From assembly GCA_973895155.1 (NCBI GenBank), contig OZ316896.1, forward strand, positions 1,240,001-1,304,000: DNA of 64,000 nt. The letters are read 5' to 3'. Below the pieces are notes generated by a model. That model worked only from the letters and a program-made list of their open reading frames with translations. It was not told the DNA's origin and did not search any database. Source of the stretch: Marsupella aquatica (taxonomy: Eukaryota > Plantae > Marchantiophyta). The translations under genes were made by a program, and so were the position numbers. Position 1 is the stretch's first letter; each line of letters starts with the position of its first letter. Of this stretch, positions 12,998-25,680 are shown piece by piece.

Positions 12998-13849
12998 GAG
13001 GACGTCCTCGCGCAAGACAACAGTACGCACGAGGAGCTTCATCGATACCGGGGCCAGCCATGGCTGCTGCTGCTGGCGTGCTGCAAGGTGAGCTCCCTTG
13101 CGTAGCGAACGGCTTCAGCATTCATGCGAGGACGAGGTAACAAGAAGTCAGGAGAGTCCTAGTCGCGCGAGTCAGTAAAGGGGGCTGAAAAGTGTGCCAG
13201 TCTCCCTACCGAAGGACCAGCTGCTCAGCTCAGAGAGGACTTGGACTTGCGAGCAACGGAGAAGAAGATGGAGTACAACACTGTACAGCGATGGACTGGA
13301 CCGGTGTGCACTGTGATGACAAATCGGGTCCGCGTGACATGAAAGACGAGCGACAAACGGATTATTTATGGACGTTCCGCGTCATACGTCCAGTCCAGCC
13401 CAGCCCACCCCAGCCCACCCCAGCCCAGCTCAATGCTCCCCAATGCGCGCAGTCCAGTCTAGGGAGAAAGCAGGCATGGGCTGCAGGTCAGCAGCAGGAG
13501 GAGGTATTGGTGGGAAGTTTCGGTATCATCTGATATGAAATTTATGCTCTCAATCTCGTCGTAGTAACAGTAGCAGCGGCAGCAGAAGTCACATGCTTAA
13601 ATCTTCGCAGCTTCTTGTCGTAACTTAGGTGGTCTATCGACTACCCAGCCTGGGTTGCGGAGCTGACACTGGACACTGGTAGACCTGGGTGAGACCTAAG
13701 GGAGCTCCTTCTCCTCACACTGCCATCCAGTGATCCAGACCACCTTTTATATCTCACTAACGCTGGCGGTGGATGTCGAACAGTGCAGTGTTGTGATAAC
13801 CTGATACAGAAATTGCTTCGATGACCTCCGGTTCGATTAGGGCCAGGTT

Positions 13850-14401
13850 GTGGATTGCCAATTACTCAGCCAGGGGATCGAGCGGAGGCGAACTCTGCAA
13901 GGCCACTGTAAGATACTTGCGAAGAATTTTGTGACAACAGTAGAATTGGGGATGATGTCTGCGAGTGAGTTCTTTGACTGTGGAGCCGAGCCCCCGTGGC
14001 TAGTGGATGCGTGCGAAGGAGAAATCGTGAGTCCAAATTTCGGATTGGAATTTTCTCTCCAAGCTGAAGCCTCTTCATTCACTCCCTTCGTCGAGCTGAA
14101 CAGCAACGAGGCGGGACCTTCAAATTCTGCGATGGAGCTTGACGAGGTAGTACACCCAAATGATCTCTCCTTCGTACACAACCCTCGCCAAGAAAACTTC
14201 AACCGGTTTCTACATGATGTAAACTTCAATGTCGACCGGACTGTGAGACCGCCAGGAGCTGTCTCGTTGGAGCAGCAGAGATCTTGGCTCACTAGAGTCG
14301 CTCCAAACGTGCCGAACCGCGTGACAACGAGAAGGCCGCCTCCGCCAGCCCCCGAACAATTTTTCAGAGCATGCAAGAAACGCAAATGGTCTTATGCATA
14401 G
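13850..14401 (+). CDS. Hypothetical ORF or exon (183 aa) with a basic C-terminal KKRK motif
   Basis: Uninterrupted 552-bp frame with protein-like composition, but no recognisable domain. The annotated start is GTG; the first ATG is at about 13952. Confidence 0.3.
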   Translation: MDCQLLSQGIERRRTLQGHCKILAKNFVTTVELGMMSASEFFDCGAEPPWLVDACEGEIVSPNFGLEFSLQAEASSFTPFVELNSNEAGPSNSAMELDEVVHPNDLSFVHNPRQENFNRFLHDVNFNVDRTVRPPGAVSLEQQRSWLTRVAPNVPNRVTTRRPPPPAPEQFFRACKKRKWSYA

Positions 14402-15038
14402 AAATGTTGCGGCCCAATTTTTCGTGGCTGGGGGGAAAGATAGGCAATCTGTAATTATAGGATCAGGGCACCCGGATCATCATCAGAGGAGACCAATTAC
14501 TACATTAGAGTCCCAATAGAGGTCAGATTCTAGATCATTCAATGTCTCTCCAAGGGCATACGCCATTGATATAGCCCACTTGTGAGATAGTTACTCAATT
14601 TGTACCTTGCAAACTAGCTACCGTAGCCAATTTTTTTGAGGGACTATAGTGGCCCTTCACAGAGCGATTAGTTAAAATGCTGGGGAGAACGACTGTGAAA
14701 TGACGGTCGTCCCATGATATACGGGAGCAAAGTTACAATCAGTAGTAGAGTCTGGATCCGTGTACAGCGTCTCGATAAATGTGTCGATCTCACAACAAAT
14801 GTTTGGATCGGAGTTAAGAAACAAATCCAAGCGAACCGTCTCATTTGCAACATATATCGTATTCTTCACTGTCCTGTCCGAGGAGGAATTGCTCCTCACA
14901 GCCGTGACATACTGCCGTTTATTTCATGTTTGCGTGCCATGGTATTGGCCCTTTTGACGAATTCCGTCACAATTGGATAAAATGTCATTGCGGAACAATT
15001 GGGGGATTTCGAAAAACATGCTGAATCTGGGGAGATTC

Positions 15039-15231
15039 AAAAGTTTGGGTACAGGGAGATTGTTTAGTTGCCTCTTTCTGAGCCCCCGGCTTCTTCCCTG
15101 GCACCGGCTGTACCGGTTTTTCAGCACCGCGACCTTCTGTTCTCTGGGGTGACGCTCCCTGGTTGGAGGCTGGGCTCCCCCTTTTTCTGTATGCTGGCTA
15201 TTTGAATGGAATTCATTTGGTTTTTTAGAGG
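15039..15231 (+). repeat. Repeat unit inverted relative to 18688-18824 and its continuation at 26028-26055
   Basis: TGTATGCTGGCTATTTGAATGGAATTCATT and TCCCTGGCACCGGC..ACCGGT..TCAGCAC.GCGACCTT match the reverse complement of 18688-18824. The unit start GGGTACAGGG(G)AG recurs at ~15247 and ~15342. Confidence 0.75.
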
Positions 15232-17573
15232 GAAAATAAAGTTTGGGGGTACAGGGGAGCTTTCAGTTGGCTGCTCTCTTCTCTATGCCTAGAGACTGAA
15301 CGTGTCGATGCTATGAGGTATCGATTTAATTAAAATTGTAAGGGTACAGGGGAGCTTGAGTTGGTTGCTCTTGCGAAGCCAAACAAACGACCACCTCCTC
15401 CTTCGATGCGCTCTCGAAACCTTGGTTGGTGCGCCAATTGATACGTACATCGCGATCCAAACGATTCCTTTTGATCCGTTGGGTTCGGTGGGCTGGTCTT
15501 GAATGATAGCAAGAGACGTTGGAACAATTGTGGTTAATCTTGTTGAAAATGCTACCGTCATGGACGTCAAATCCCGCACGATTTGCTGACGCTCAAAATG
15601 CAGACAACAGTGAAAAAGTCCATCACGGTGGAGCAGCCGAAGCCACAATTGGTGAGACTGATGACAAATTCTTGCCACCGGGCCGGGCCTCTCCATCGAC
15701 CCCCAGAAAGGCCCTCCATGAATTCCTCCTTCCTCAAAGTGAGGCAGCGCATGGACCATGTGCCAAATCCACTCCGACGGTAATGGTGACGGTGGACGGG
15801 GTCTTCCCACCGGCAGTTCGGTCAACTTGTCGGCCTTCGCCATGGCTGTTGCCAGCGAGCAACTTCTCGGATTCTTCTTCCTGAAGCTGCAAAAGGTCGA
15901 CCGTGCTTTCCGTGTTGAACAAACCCGTTTGAAACAAAGCTCCAGTCCAGACTGTCCAGACTCCAATGTTTGAATTGGATTTCAAAAGCGTGAGCTGGTG
16001 ATCAATAGTGATGTACACGTGTTTGTCAAGGATGGGAATGTAGTGAACTTCGTTAGTAGAATCCTTCATGCTGTAAGACGGTTTCTGTAGTCGAAGTTCA
16101 TCACGAAGGTACCTGGCCTTGCCCACTACTACTGTAGACTCCTTCACAGTAGGCGACTGGTTCCTTGAATAGATACTGTGTGGAATGTGGACCTATTCCA
16201 TGTGCACCGGCGACCGCATGTGCGTCACTAGAATCCTTCACATTAGAAGACAGGTTCCTTGAATGGATATGGTGTGGAGTGTGGACCTATTCCATGTGCA
16301 CCAGCCACAGCCTCCCTTTGTTTCCAGGGCGACTGAAGTAGCCGTCATTCACTTTGGAGGGCAATAAGGTATATGCAGCGCAGTGGTATATAGTGTACAT
16401 CATCTGCAGTGAACCGTGTATAAATGCGGCGTGGATAAGTGTATTTTGTGTATTAGTGCAGGCCAACGATGTTGCCCACTACTATAGTTTGGCATTGAGG
16501 GAGTCATATGATAGGCTACACTGTCCAGGTCCAATTTATAATGTCAGTTTCCTCTGTGAATATGTAGAATGTATTACTTTTTCAGAGATTATGATGTTTA
16601 AGGGAGACAGAGTTAGTCTGCAGAAAAATTTAGAAGTTTAATGTACATAAACATGATACAAATTGAGATAGTGGTGCCCCCATGGACCTAGCCTGTGAAC
16701 CATGCAATTCACATGGACTGCGACACCATCTACACCTTCACTCATTGGCACCTTTCTGGTTTCCAAAAAACATTTCAGCACCAATGCTTGAATGTTTGAT
16801 CTTCAATATCTCCCTTTCTATGCAGTGAAATTAGCTCATTTTTTGGATTGATAGAAGCAGCAGCTGGACAGACCTTTCTAACCAGCCAATATCTCAAGCT
16901 TTCACTAAGAATTGAGAGAATTATGAATTTCTAAAGAACACTACATCATTCACTGTCCAAGCTTTCCATTTCAAAAACATTTGTTAGTAGCTAACTTTGA
17001 CATTCAGTACATCAGTCAATATCCAATGGAGTATCATTTTCTTGGTTTCATTAGAATTTGTTGGAAAGATCTTTCCAATTATGGGCCTAACATAGTCAAA
17101 TTCACTGAGAATTGAGAGACCCACAAGTTTTCAAAGATGACAGTATAGTTTTCTTGCCACATTTCACTCATCTATATAATCTGTAATATATGAGCAGAAA
17201 GAGGATTTTCCATCCGGATGGCACAAATCTATCTGACTCTTTTGACAAACCTAGAGGTCTTCTATTGAAGTCTACTGACAAACATGGAGGAATTAAGTGA
17301 AAAGGTATGTATTGGGGTTTCTCTTGGATTTCGTTGATTTCTTGGACTGAGGCCAAGAAATATGTACTGCAATCTGCATTCATGGATTACGGCACTTCCA
17401 TTTGAATTTGCACAAAATTCTCAAATGCCCCCCAAAAACAAATCTGATTTGAAATATGTTTGTGAGATAAAGAGTGAATTATAAATTCAATAGGCTTGGA
17501 CTGAAAGTATGAAAAAGCAAACTTTGTTATTCAAAAGGAGAGAAAAACCTGGTCTCCAAAAAGTGAATAATAA

Positions 17574-17864
17574 TTAAAGCAATTGGCTTAGGTCAGTTGG
17601 CCAGGGAATAAACCTCTAACTTAAAGGTCCCAGGTTCAGTCCCCTCTCCACACACAGAGGTGTGGAGGATACATGTGTGTGGGATGGGAGTTCTATTATC
17701 TACTCGGCCACTGGTGGCCCCCACTTTGTCAGTGGCCCCTCTCACTCTCCCTCCCGGTGAAAATACTTGTTGGGGCTCACCTTGACATGGGTTCCCTATT
17801 ACGAATGAATGTCAGTATTGGTGGGGAGAGTCTACTAAAAGTTTTTACTCATTTCAATCCAAGA
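17574..17864 (+). mobile_element. tRNA-derived SINE
   Basis: A-box-like TTAGGTCAGTTGG and B-box-like GGTTCAGTCCC at tRNA spacing (17585-17645). Flanked by an 18-bp direct repeat CCAAAAAGTGAATAATAA (17556-17573, 17865-17882), consistent with a TPRT target-site duplication. Confidence 0.75.
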
Positions 17865-18837
17865 CCAAAAAGTGAATAATAAACGAATAAAGGGAAATGA
17901 GTGAAAATCTTTAATAAATGACATTTTTACTTGAAAAGGAGTAAAATTGTTTTTTATATGAAAAATTAATTAATTTTTCTTGCACTCATAACAAAACTTT
18001 AGCAATCTATAAAGATATATGAAATTATTCCCTTGCATTGATTACAAAAATTTAGCCATCTACAGTAGAAAGATAAAATAATATTCTCTTTGATATCACA
18101 ACTTTAACAATAGATAATGAAAGAAAGAAATTACTCTCCTACATATTGATAACAAACTATCAAGATAAAGAAAATGTTTCAGCAATCTATCAAGATAAAG
18201 AAAATGTTCTTTTGCAGGGCTTTTGCTTTAAATTTTTCCGTACCTTCTTGACCCTTGACAAGTGATAATTCATTTGGATTTTTGATTTTATAGAAAAGAC
18301 TCCTCAATTACATGAACCTTGTATGTACCCTTAGGTTTATTGATAACACAACTTTACATGATAAGTCTTGGTCATTACACATACCACCATGTTCATCCTT
18401 TGTAAATCAATTTTGACTAGACTTCTTCTAGTAAAGACACATTTTGCACTCTCAAATTAACAATTAACCATTTAGGTGTACATAAAGTAAAAATAATTTA
18501 AACATAAAAATGTACATTTAGACATAAAAAAGTGAACATTTAGGGGCCTAAAAATGAACAAAATAAAATACACTTTTAATTAATAGAGTCAAAATATGCA
18601 TGATATGGGGAGTATTCTATCCATCATTATAGTTTTACTTAAGTTTGACTAACTTTCTGAAATCAGTCCAAGAGCTTCTTTTTTTCGCCTCTATTTAATG
18701 AATTCCATTCAAATAGCCAACATACAAAACGAGGGGCCCGCAATGGGGCACAAGCCCAAGGGACCAAAGGTCGACGTGCTAAGACCGGTGGGGCCGGGAC
18801 CAGGGAGAAAGCGGAGCCCAAAAATTGTTGAGCATAG

Positions 18838-19181
18838 TGTTGAGCATAGACGACATTCGCAACGGCAAGCCCATGAACCATCCAACGCACAATAGTCGAC
18901 ACAGAGAGATACGTGGTTCACCTCCACATGAGGCTACGTCCACGGGAACACACAAGAGCTTTATTGCACTCTAGGCCGACCGGCCATACCAAGCATCCAC
19001 AACACAAGTTCTCCCTATCTCTCAACTAGCTCCGTAACAATGAGCCTCAGTTCCACCAGGGTCTGGCATTAGCCCTGGCTATATGCACAACAACACTAGC
19101 GCTAACATTAGCTAAGTCCTAACCCAAGTTAGACTAACTGTGGTTAGCTCATGAGTCACAAGACTAGAGCAATATCTAACA
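18838..19181 (-). repeat. 3' LTR of the copia element
   Basis: TG...CA ends; about 11 substitutions versus 25337-25680 by manual count. Confidence 0.96.
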
Positions 19182-19194
19182 AACTCCCCCTTGA
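19182..19194 (-). promoter_or_regulatory. Polypurine tract
   Basis: Minus strand TCAAGGGGGAGTT immediately before the 3' LTR. Confidence 0.9.
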
Positions 19195-19388
19195 CTCTTG
19201 TCTTGGGGACTGGACTAAATGCTACCATATGGAATCCTCAGCGGGAAGTTCTAGACAATCACCAAACCAGGTCTCCCCCTAAAAACCACAAGGATTAACT
19301 AAGGGTTAACTAGAACTAAGCCGTAGCCTAATAGGAATGAGTAATCCATATACAAATAGTGTCACATTGCTAAATAACTCTACTTGCA

Positions 19389-22300
19389 CTACAATTGCAA
19401 AACCTGCAAAGTAGCACGGTGTCTTGAGAAACTCTCCAAAGGAATCACTTTGGTAAAAGCATCAGCGGGATTGAGCTTTCCATCAATCTTGACTAGCTCA
19501 AAAGTTTTATCAAACACTGCTTGCCTGATAAAATGGTACCTGATATCAATGTGCTTCACCCTGCTATCCATCACCTGGTTAGCAGCCAAGTGAAGAGCAC
19601 TCTGACTATCACAGTTTAGAGTCATTTTTCCATGCTCTAAACCCACCTTCGCGATCAACTTATCCAACCAAATTGCTTCCTTTGTTGCTTCTGCTGCTGC
19701 AACATACTCTGCTTCTGTAGTAGACTGAGATATACACTTCTGCAAGGTAGATTTCCAACTGATACATTCTCCTCCAAGAGTGTATACAAACCCAGTTGTA
19801 GACCTCCTTGTATCCAGGCAACCTCCATAGTCAGAATCTACATAGCCAACTAACGTTCTATCTGATCTGTTATCAAATAGTAATCCATAGTCCTGTGTTC
19901 CCCTCACATACCTGAGAATCCATTTCACAGCTTCCCAATGTACCTTCCCTGGATTTGACATGAATCTGCTGACCTTGTCATTGCTAGGGCCAAGTCAGGC
20001 CTAGTACAAGTCATCAAATACATCAGACTGCCTACTGCCTTCTCATAAGGAATCTTAGTCATCAGACCTTTCTCCACAGCATCCGTAGGAGAGAAAGCCA
20101 ATGATAACTTGAAATGTGAAGCTAAAGGAATACTCACTGGCTTACAGTTCTCCATGTTGAATCGTGCAAGTACTTTCCTCGCATACTGGCCTTGACTCAA
20201 GCACAACTGTCCAGTGTTAGAGTTCCTAAAAATCTCCATCCCTAAGATCCTCTTGGCTTTACCAAGATCCTTCATCCTAAATTCAACACTCAATTTCGCC
20301 TTGAGACTGTCAACCTCAGATTCAAGAGCCACAATCAGCATGTCATCCACATAGATCACCAGAATGATGAAACCAAATACATCATTCTTGACTGATTTCA
20401 TATACACACAAGGATCATACACCATCCTTGTAAAACCTTGAACAAGCATGAAATCATCAAACCGCTTGTTCCACTGTCTGGGAGACTGCTTCAATCTATA
20501 CAAGGACTTGAGCAATCTGCAAACTAAGTTCTCTTGGCCCTTCTTCATAAAGCCTAGTGACTGTCTCATGAAGATCATCTCTTCCAAGTTGCCATAGAGA
20601 AAAGCAGTAACAACATCCATCTGATCCATCACCAAACCAAAAAACACAACAAGCTGACACAAGATCCGAATTGTGGAATACTTAGCCACTGGTGAAAAGA
20701 CCTCATTGTAATCCACTCCTTTCTCCTGAGTGAATCCCTTGGCAACAAGCCTTGCCTTGTAGATCTTGTCTCCACCCTCTGAAGGACTATCCTTCAACTT
20801 ATAAATCCACTTGCTGTCCACCACTTGCTGACCTCTTGGAAGCTCCACCAGCTCCCATGTCTTGTTGTCACTCAAAGATTGTAACTCCCTCTGCATTGCT
20901 ACATTCCACTCATGCTTCTGCTATGAAGCACAAGCCTCACTATACGAAGAAGGCTCTCCTTCTTCCAAGATCAAAGCCATGTCATCATCATCAGGTGCAA
21001 TGTCAATATCATCTAGCTTAGATGAGTCTGCCCATTGACCATACCTGGTAGGAGCTCTAGTAGAACGACTGGAAGTTCTTCTAGTAGATGACTCAGGTTG
21101 ATCTGTTGCTACTGCTGGTTGGATTTGAGGTACCCTAGCAACAATCTGCTCCTCTTGTTCCATCACAGGAACCAGCTCCAAGCCCGGAGCTTCTCCATCT
21201 CTCCTGTCATGAACTGCATCATGACTAATCTTCCCCTCAACCCGGTCTGGGATGAGAGATTTCCCCTTGTCAGTATGGGAGTCTTGAGAACTCTCCCCCT
21301 CCTTTGATGATCTGGATTCATTAAAGGACACATCTCTATTGACAATTAGTTTACAGGTTACTGGATCCCATAACCTATAACCCTTCACACCTTTTTGATA
21401 GCCAAGGAAAATGCACTTCTTTGACTTGGACTCCAGCTTGGATCGAAGCTGGGAAGGTGTAAGCACATAAGCATCACATCCCAAAAACCTCAGATGTGAG
21501 TAATCTGCTGGATGCCCGTACCTCATTTCAAATGGCGTCTTGAATCCAATAGAACTGGATGGAGAAAAATTTACCAAATAAGCTGCAGTGTTGACAGCTT
21601 CAGCCCAAAACTCATGTGGTAAGCATGATTGACTCAACATACTCCTCGAGCGGTCCAATAGTGTTCGGTTGAGCCTTTCAGAAATACCATTCTGCTGAGG
21701 AGTATAACTTGTTGTGAGATGGCGGGTAATCCCTTGCTCCTTACAATACGTTCCAAATTCCCCGGAACTGTATTCACCGCCGTTATCCGATCGAAGACAT
21801 CTCACCTTATTACCAGTCTGATTTTCAACTTGGGCTTTCCACTCCTTAAAAGTGGCAAAAATATCAGACTTATTGTGTAGAAAGTATATCCACACATACC
21901 TTGAGTAATCGTCTATGAACGTGACATAGTATAACCGTCTAGAATGTGAGGGAGTAGGGGCTGGACCCCACACATCACTATGTACATACCCAAGTACCTC
22001 CTTGCTGGTGTGAGTTCCAACTCCGAAGGGTTTCCTGTGCTGCTTCCCTAGCACACAATGCTCACAAAATTCCAACTTACAAGATTGCAAATTAGAAAGT
22101 AATCCTTTCTTCTGAAGAATAACCAAACCTTTTTCACTTTTGTGGCCCAAACGGAAGTGCCACAACCGGGCCGTCTCCTCATGAGATAAGATTACATTGG
22201 CTTCATCACAGACTACACTGCCCTCCAAAATGTATAGATTGCAATGTCTCTTTCCCTTCAATACAACTTTAGTACCAGTTGAAACCTGAAGAACACCATG

Positions 22301-22597
22301 AGCACACTGATGCCCATTTGCCTCTAAAACTCCAAGTGAAATGAGATTTTTCATCATGCTGGGAATATGTCTCACATTCCTCAATGTTCTCACAGCACCA
22401 TCAAACATTTGAAATCTTACAGATCCAAGTCCAACAACTTGACATGGGATTCCATTTCTCATCAATACTGACCCGTTGGAAATCGTGTAAGAACTGAAAC
22501 AATCTCTTCTAGAGAAAATGTAAAAAGTACATGCACTATCTAGAATCCAGTCATCACTACCTGGATTTGACACTATGTTGAGAGCATAACCTTGACA
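19389..22597 (-). pseudogene. pol: Copia pol (protease, integrase, reverse transcriptase, RNase H)
   Basis: PR WILDSACT; zinc-binding LWHFRLGH...CEHC; integrase HSDVWGP, RSDNGGE, QQNGISER, GVKGY; RT YKARLVAKG, QMDVVTAFL, YVDDML; RNase H GYVDSD, TEAEY, CDSQ, ADAFTK. In-frame TAG at 20921-20923 and a frameshift at ~19978. Confidence 0.95.
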
Positions 22598-23653
22598 TCA
22601 CAATATGTCATCATCATCGAGTAAATCTACCTCATGCGAGCTCGATGCTGCGTTAGCAGAGGCAGTAGGGACCTTTACTCGACAATCCCTTTTCATGTGG
22701 CCTGGCTTGCCACAATTCCAACATGCAAGAGGCTTCCTCTCTTGCAATTTCCCTCTGGATTTAGAGCTCCCCCGTGATGTAGATCTAAACCTGTTCTGTT
22801 CATTTGAGCGCTGCGATGCTCTCCCACGGTTCACATTCAACGCAATGCCAGAAGAAGATGCTGTCTGTGATTGACCCAGCTTCTTCTGAGCATCATCAGA
22901 CAGTAAAGAGCTCACCACCTCATTATACGTAATGGACTTCAGATCTCTATACAAGAGCACCTGTTTCAAGCCTTGATATGATGGCGGTAAGGAGCTTAGC
23001 AGAAGCAAGGCCTTATCCTCATCTTCAACTTCTTTTCTTAGGTTTGATAGATCCACCGCTAGACTATCAAACTCATCCAGGTGATCCTGCATCTTGCTCC
23101 CTTCCTTGAGCCTGAGGCTCATCAAGAGAGACTTCTTGTACAGCCGGTCTGACGCATCTTCCCGGTAGTACTTCTCTCTAAGAGCCTTGAACAGTGACGT
23201 GCAATCCGCATAATCATCTAGCTGCTTGATGATGTGCGGCTTCAGATAAAGCATCACTGCATTGACAGCAATCACCTGCTCCTGTCTCCACTGTCTCACA
23301 GAAATCTCCTCCTCTCCATCATACTGCTCTCGCGAATAAAGTAGATGAGCTAAGCCCATGGCCCGAAGGACACCCTTCACTTGCTTCTCCTACAACAAGT
23401 AATCAGTACGACCATCGTACTTCTCCACCTCAAACTTCACTCCTCCAAATCTAGCCATCTCCCTCTTCTTCCCTACTACCAACAGCTCTGGTAGTAGTAC
23501 AGCTTCCTCCACTGCACGCCGCACCGGTGATCGTACCGGTGTTACTAGTTTCTCCTCAAACAGTAGCAGCTCCTCCTCAGACTCACCGTCTGACCGTCGC
23601 GATCTTGAAGCTCCACCGACGCCAATTCTTCCAGTATCCCCCGAGTCACTCAT
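22598..23653 (-). pseudogene. gag: Copia gag with CCHC zinc knuckle
   Basis: GVKFEVEKYDG (Tnt1-like N-terminus), LLLLSSLPPSY and CWNCGKPGHMKRDC. Premature TAG at 23390-23392 at a position that is normally Trp. Confidence 0.93.
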
Positions 23654-25322
23654 ATGAAATAATCACAAAAAAACGTCTTTTTTTGAAACTTCTCATAAAA
23701 CTCAAAACTAAACACCGCCGCGTACCCCACAAAGGTAGGAGTCCAATACTGAAAGCCAAAATCAAAATCAAAATTTGACGGAGAAGTTATTCAAATTTTG
23801 GTCGGGGTGGGTAAAACCTTGGGAAACTCCCCCGTTTTGACCACCTCGGAGAATAACCAAAATACTCTGTACAACCCGTCATCGGAATCGCGATGTGATC
23901 GGTGTGCCACGTTGCTAACTCCAGTGGCAACGTCCTCACCGAAAAACAACCAAAAAAAATTATCGTTCGGCGGAAAAAATCTTTGTCGGACGGCCAAAAA
24001 ATAGCTCTCTATTTTTCAAGAATATTCCTGCACAGTCCGACAGGTCTCACAGGGGGCCGTTCCCCCTGTCCAAGCGGTTAAAACGGAGGGCGGCAGGTCC
24101 CGACAGAAAGGGAAAATAAGAGGAAGCGGAAAAAGGTTAAAAATAGGTCCTAAAGGGGTGCCTAAGCCCCTTAAAGCCAAAAATACCAGTATAAAAAAGG
24201 CGGGCCAGGGAGTATATGCGTATCGGGCGAGGTGATTACAAGGCATATGGCTGGGGTACGGGGTCGCGAAAGGCGTCAGGCGCCGGCTGCCAAAGGTCGC
24301 GCGAAGGGGGTACGTCGGGGGTGGCAGGGTGCAGGCAGGGTCGTGGCTGGCACCGGCGGGGCGCGAGCCGGTAAGGAGGGCACGGGGGTTCGCGAGGGCA
24401 GGGCCATTCCAAAGGAGTAAACGGGGCCTTAAGAGGGGGGGCGAGGCGTGAAAAAAACACGCAAATAGCGCCGGCCGGCGCTGCATGAGGCGCCTGTGCG
24501 CCTGGAGTGCGGGGGGGAAACGAACGTGTATACGGTGGGGGTATATGGGTGTATGCACCTTGTGTGTGTGTATACACACACAAGAAAGTGCCCTAACCCC
24601 CCCCCCCCCCAAAAAAAAAAAGGCCAAAAAACTCCCTTAAGTTAAATGGAGATAACTCACATCAAATGCCGCTGTTTGAAACGAGAAAAGTGAACGCCGC
24701 CGACTGAAAACGTTGCCGAATTTCACCGGCACAGTCTGCTGCTCCAGCAAAGTAAATTATTGCCGCCGCGTCGCCTTCACTCTGCATCAAGTACCAATCC
24801 CGGGCTCAAAATGACCGCCTCGCCGCAATCAAACCGTTGAGCCGTGGCACTTCGTGTTTCTTCCACCGAGTCGGACGTCACGAAGAGAAACCCGGTTCAG
24901 ATGAGAACAAGCTCCATAGCTTGTGAAAAAACCTGAACGCCTCCGTCACTCGTCACGTCGCACTCGGTAACACCTCGGCAACAATCCAGCTACCGAAATG
25001 ACCAGCTCGCTTTAACCTTCAACTTGAGCTATAATGTGCAATCTCCCGAACACCGCACAACTCACACCATTGAAAAATGCGAACTCTGGTCACTCCCCCG
25101 AAAACCCGTCGAACACGAATAAAACCTGAACGACGCAAATTTCAATTCCTCCGCACCACGGATACCGATCAGCGAGTTCCAACCACCGTTAGAAAGCCCT
25201 CTCTCTAACCTATCCGCTTAGCCACACACATTCGAGTTTCATGCGACAAAACTCCGAATGTCCCATCGACAATGAACGCTGGAAAAACCTATCACGAAAA
25301 AATCTTGTCACCTCCCAGGCAT

Positions 25323-25334
25323 GCTCTGATACCA
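25323..25334 (-). promoter_or_regulatory. Primer-binding site for initiator tRNA-Met
   Basis: Minus strand TGGTATCAGAGC, 2 nt after the 5' LTR. Confidence 0.95.
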
Positions 25335-25336
25335 CT

Positions 25337-25680
25337 TGTTGAGCATAGACGACATTCGCAACGGCAAGCCCATGAACCATCCAACGCACAATAGTCGACA
25401 CAGAGAGATATGTGGTTGACCTCCACATGAAGTTACGTCCACGGGAACACACAAGAGCTTTACTGCACTCTAGGCCGACCGGCCATACCAAGTATCCACA
25501 GCACATGCTCTCCCTATCTCTCAACTAGCTCCGTAACAATGAGCCTCAGTTCCACCAGGGTCTGGCATCAGCCCTGGCTATATGCACAACAACACTAGCG
25601 CTAACATTAGCTAAGTCCTAACCCGAGTTAGACTAACTGTGGTTAGCTCATGAGTCACAAGACTAGAGCAATATCTAACA
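25337..25680 (-). repeat. 5' LTR of the copia element
   Basis: Direct repeat of 18838-19181, adjacent to the PBS. Confidence 0.96.

Larger units (their letters stand above)
18838..25680 (-). mobile_element. Full-length Ty1/copia LTR retrotransposon (Tnt1/Tork-like), inactivated
   Basis: Two 344-bp LTRs (18838-19181, 25337-25680), TSD CATAG (18833-18837, 25681-25685), PBS, PPT and GAG-PR-INT-RT-RH domain order. Confidence 0.97.

Noticed and set aside
15289-16147. 225-aa and 137-aa minus-strand ORFs as genes or a viral insert
   Set aside because: No recognisable motifs, and overlapping open frames on both strands are expected in GC-richer DNA.
24016-24627. 203-aa ORF in the copia leader
   Set aside because: A low-complexity GC-rich frame running through homopolymers, with no domain.
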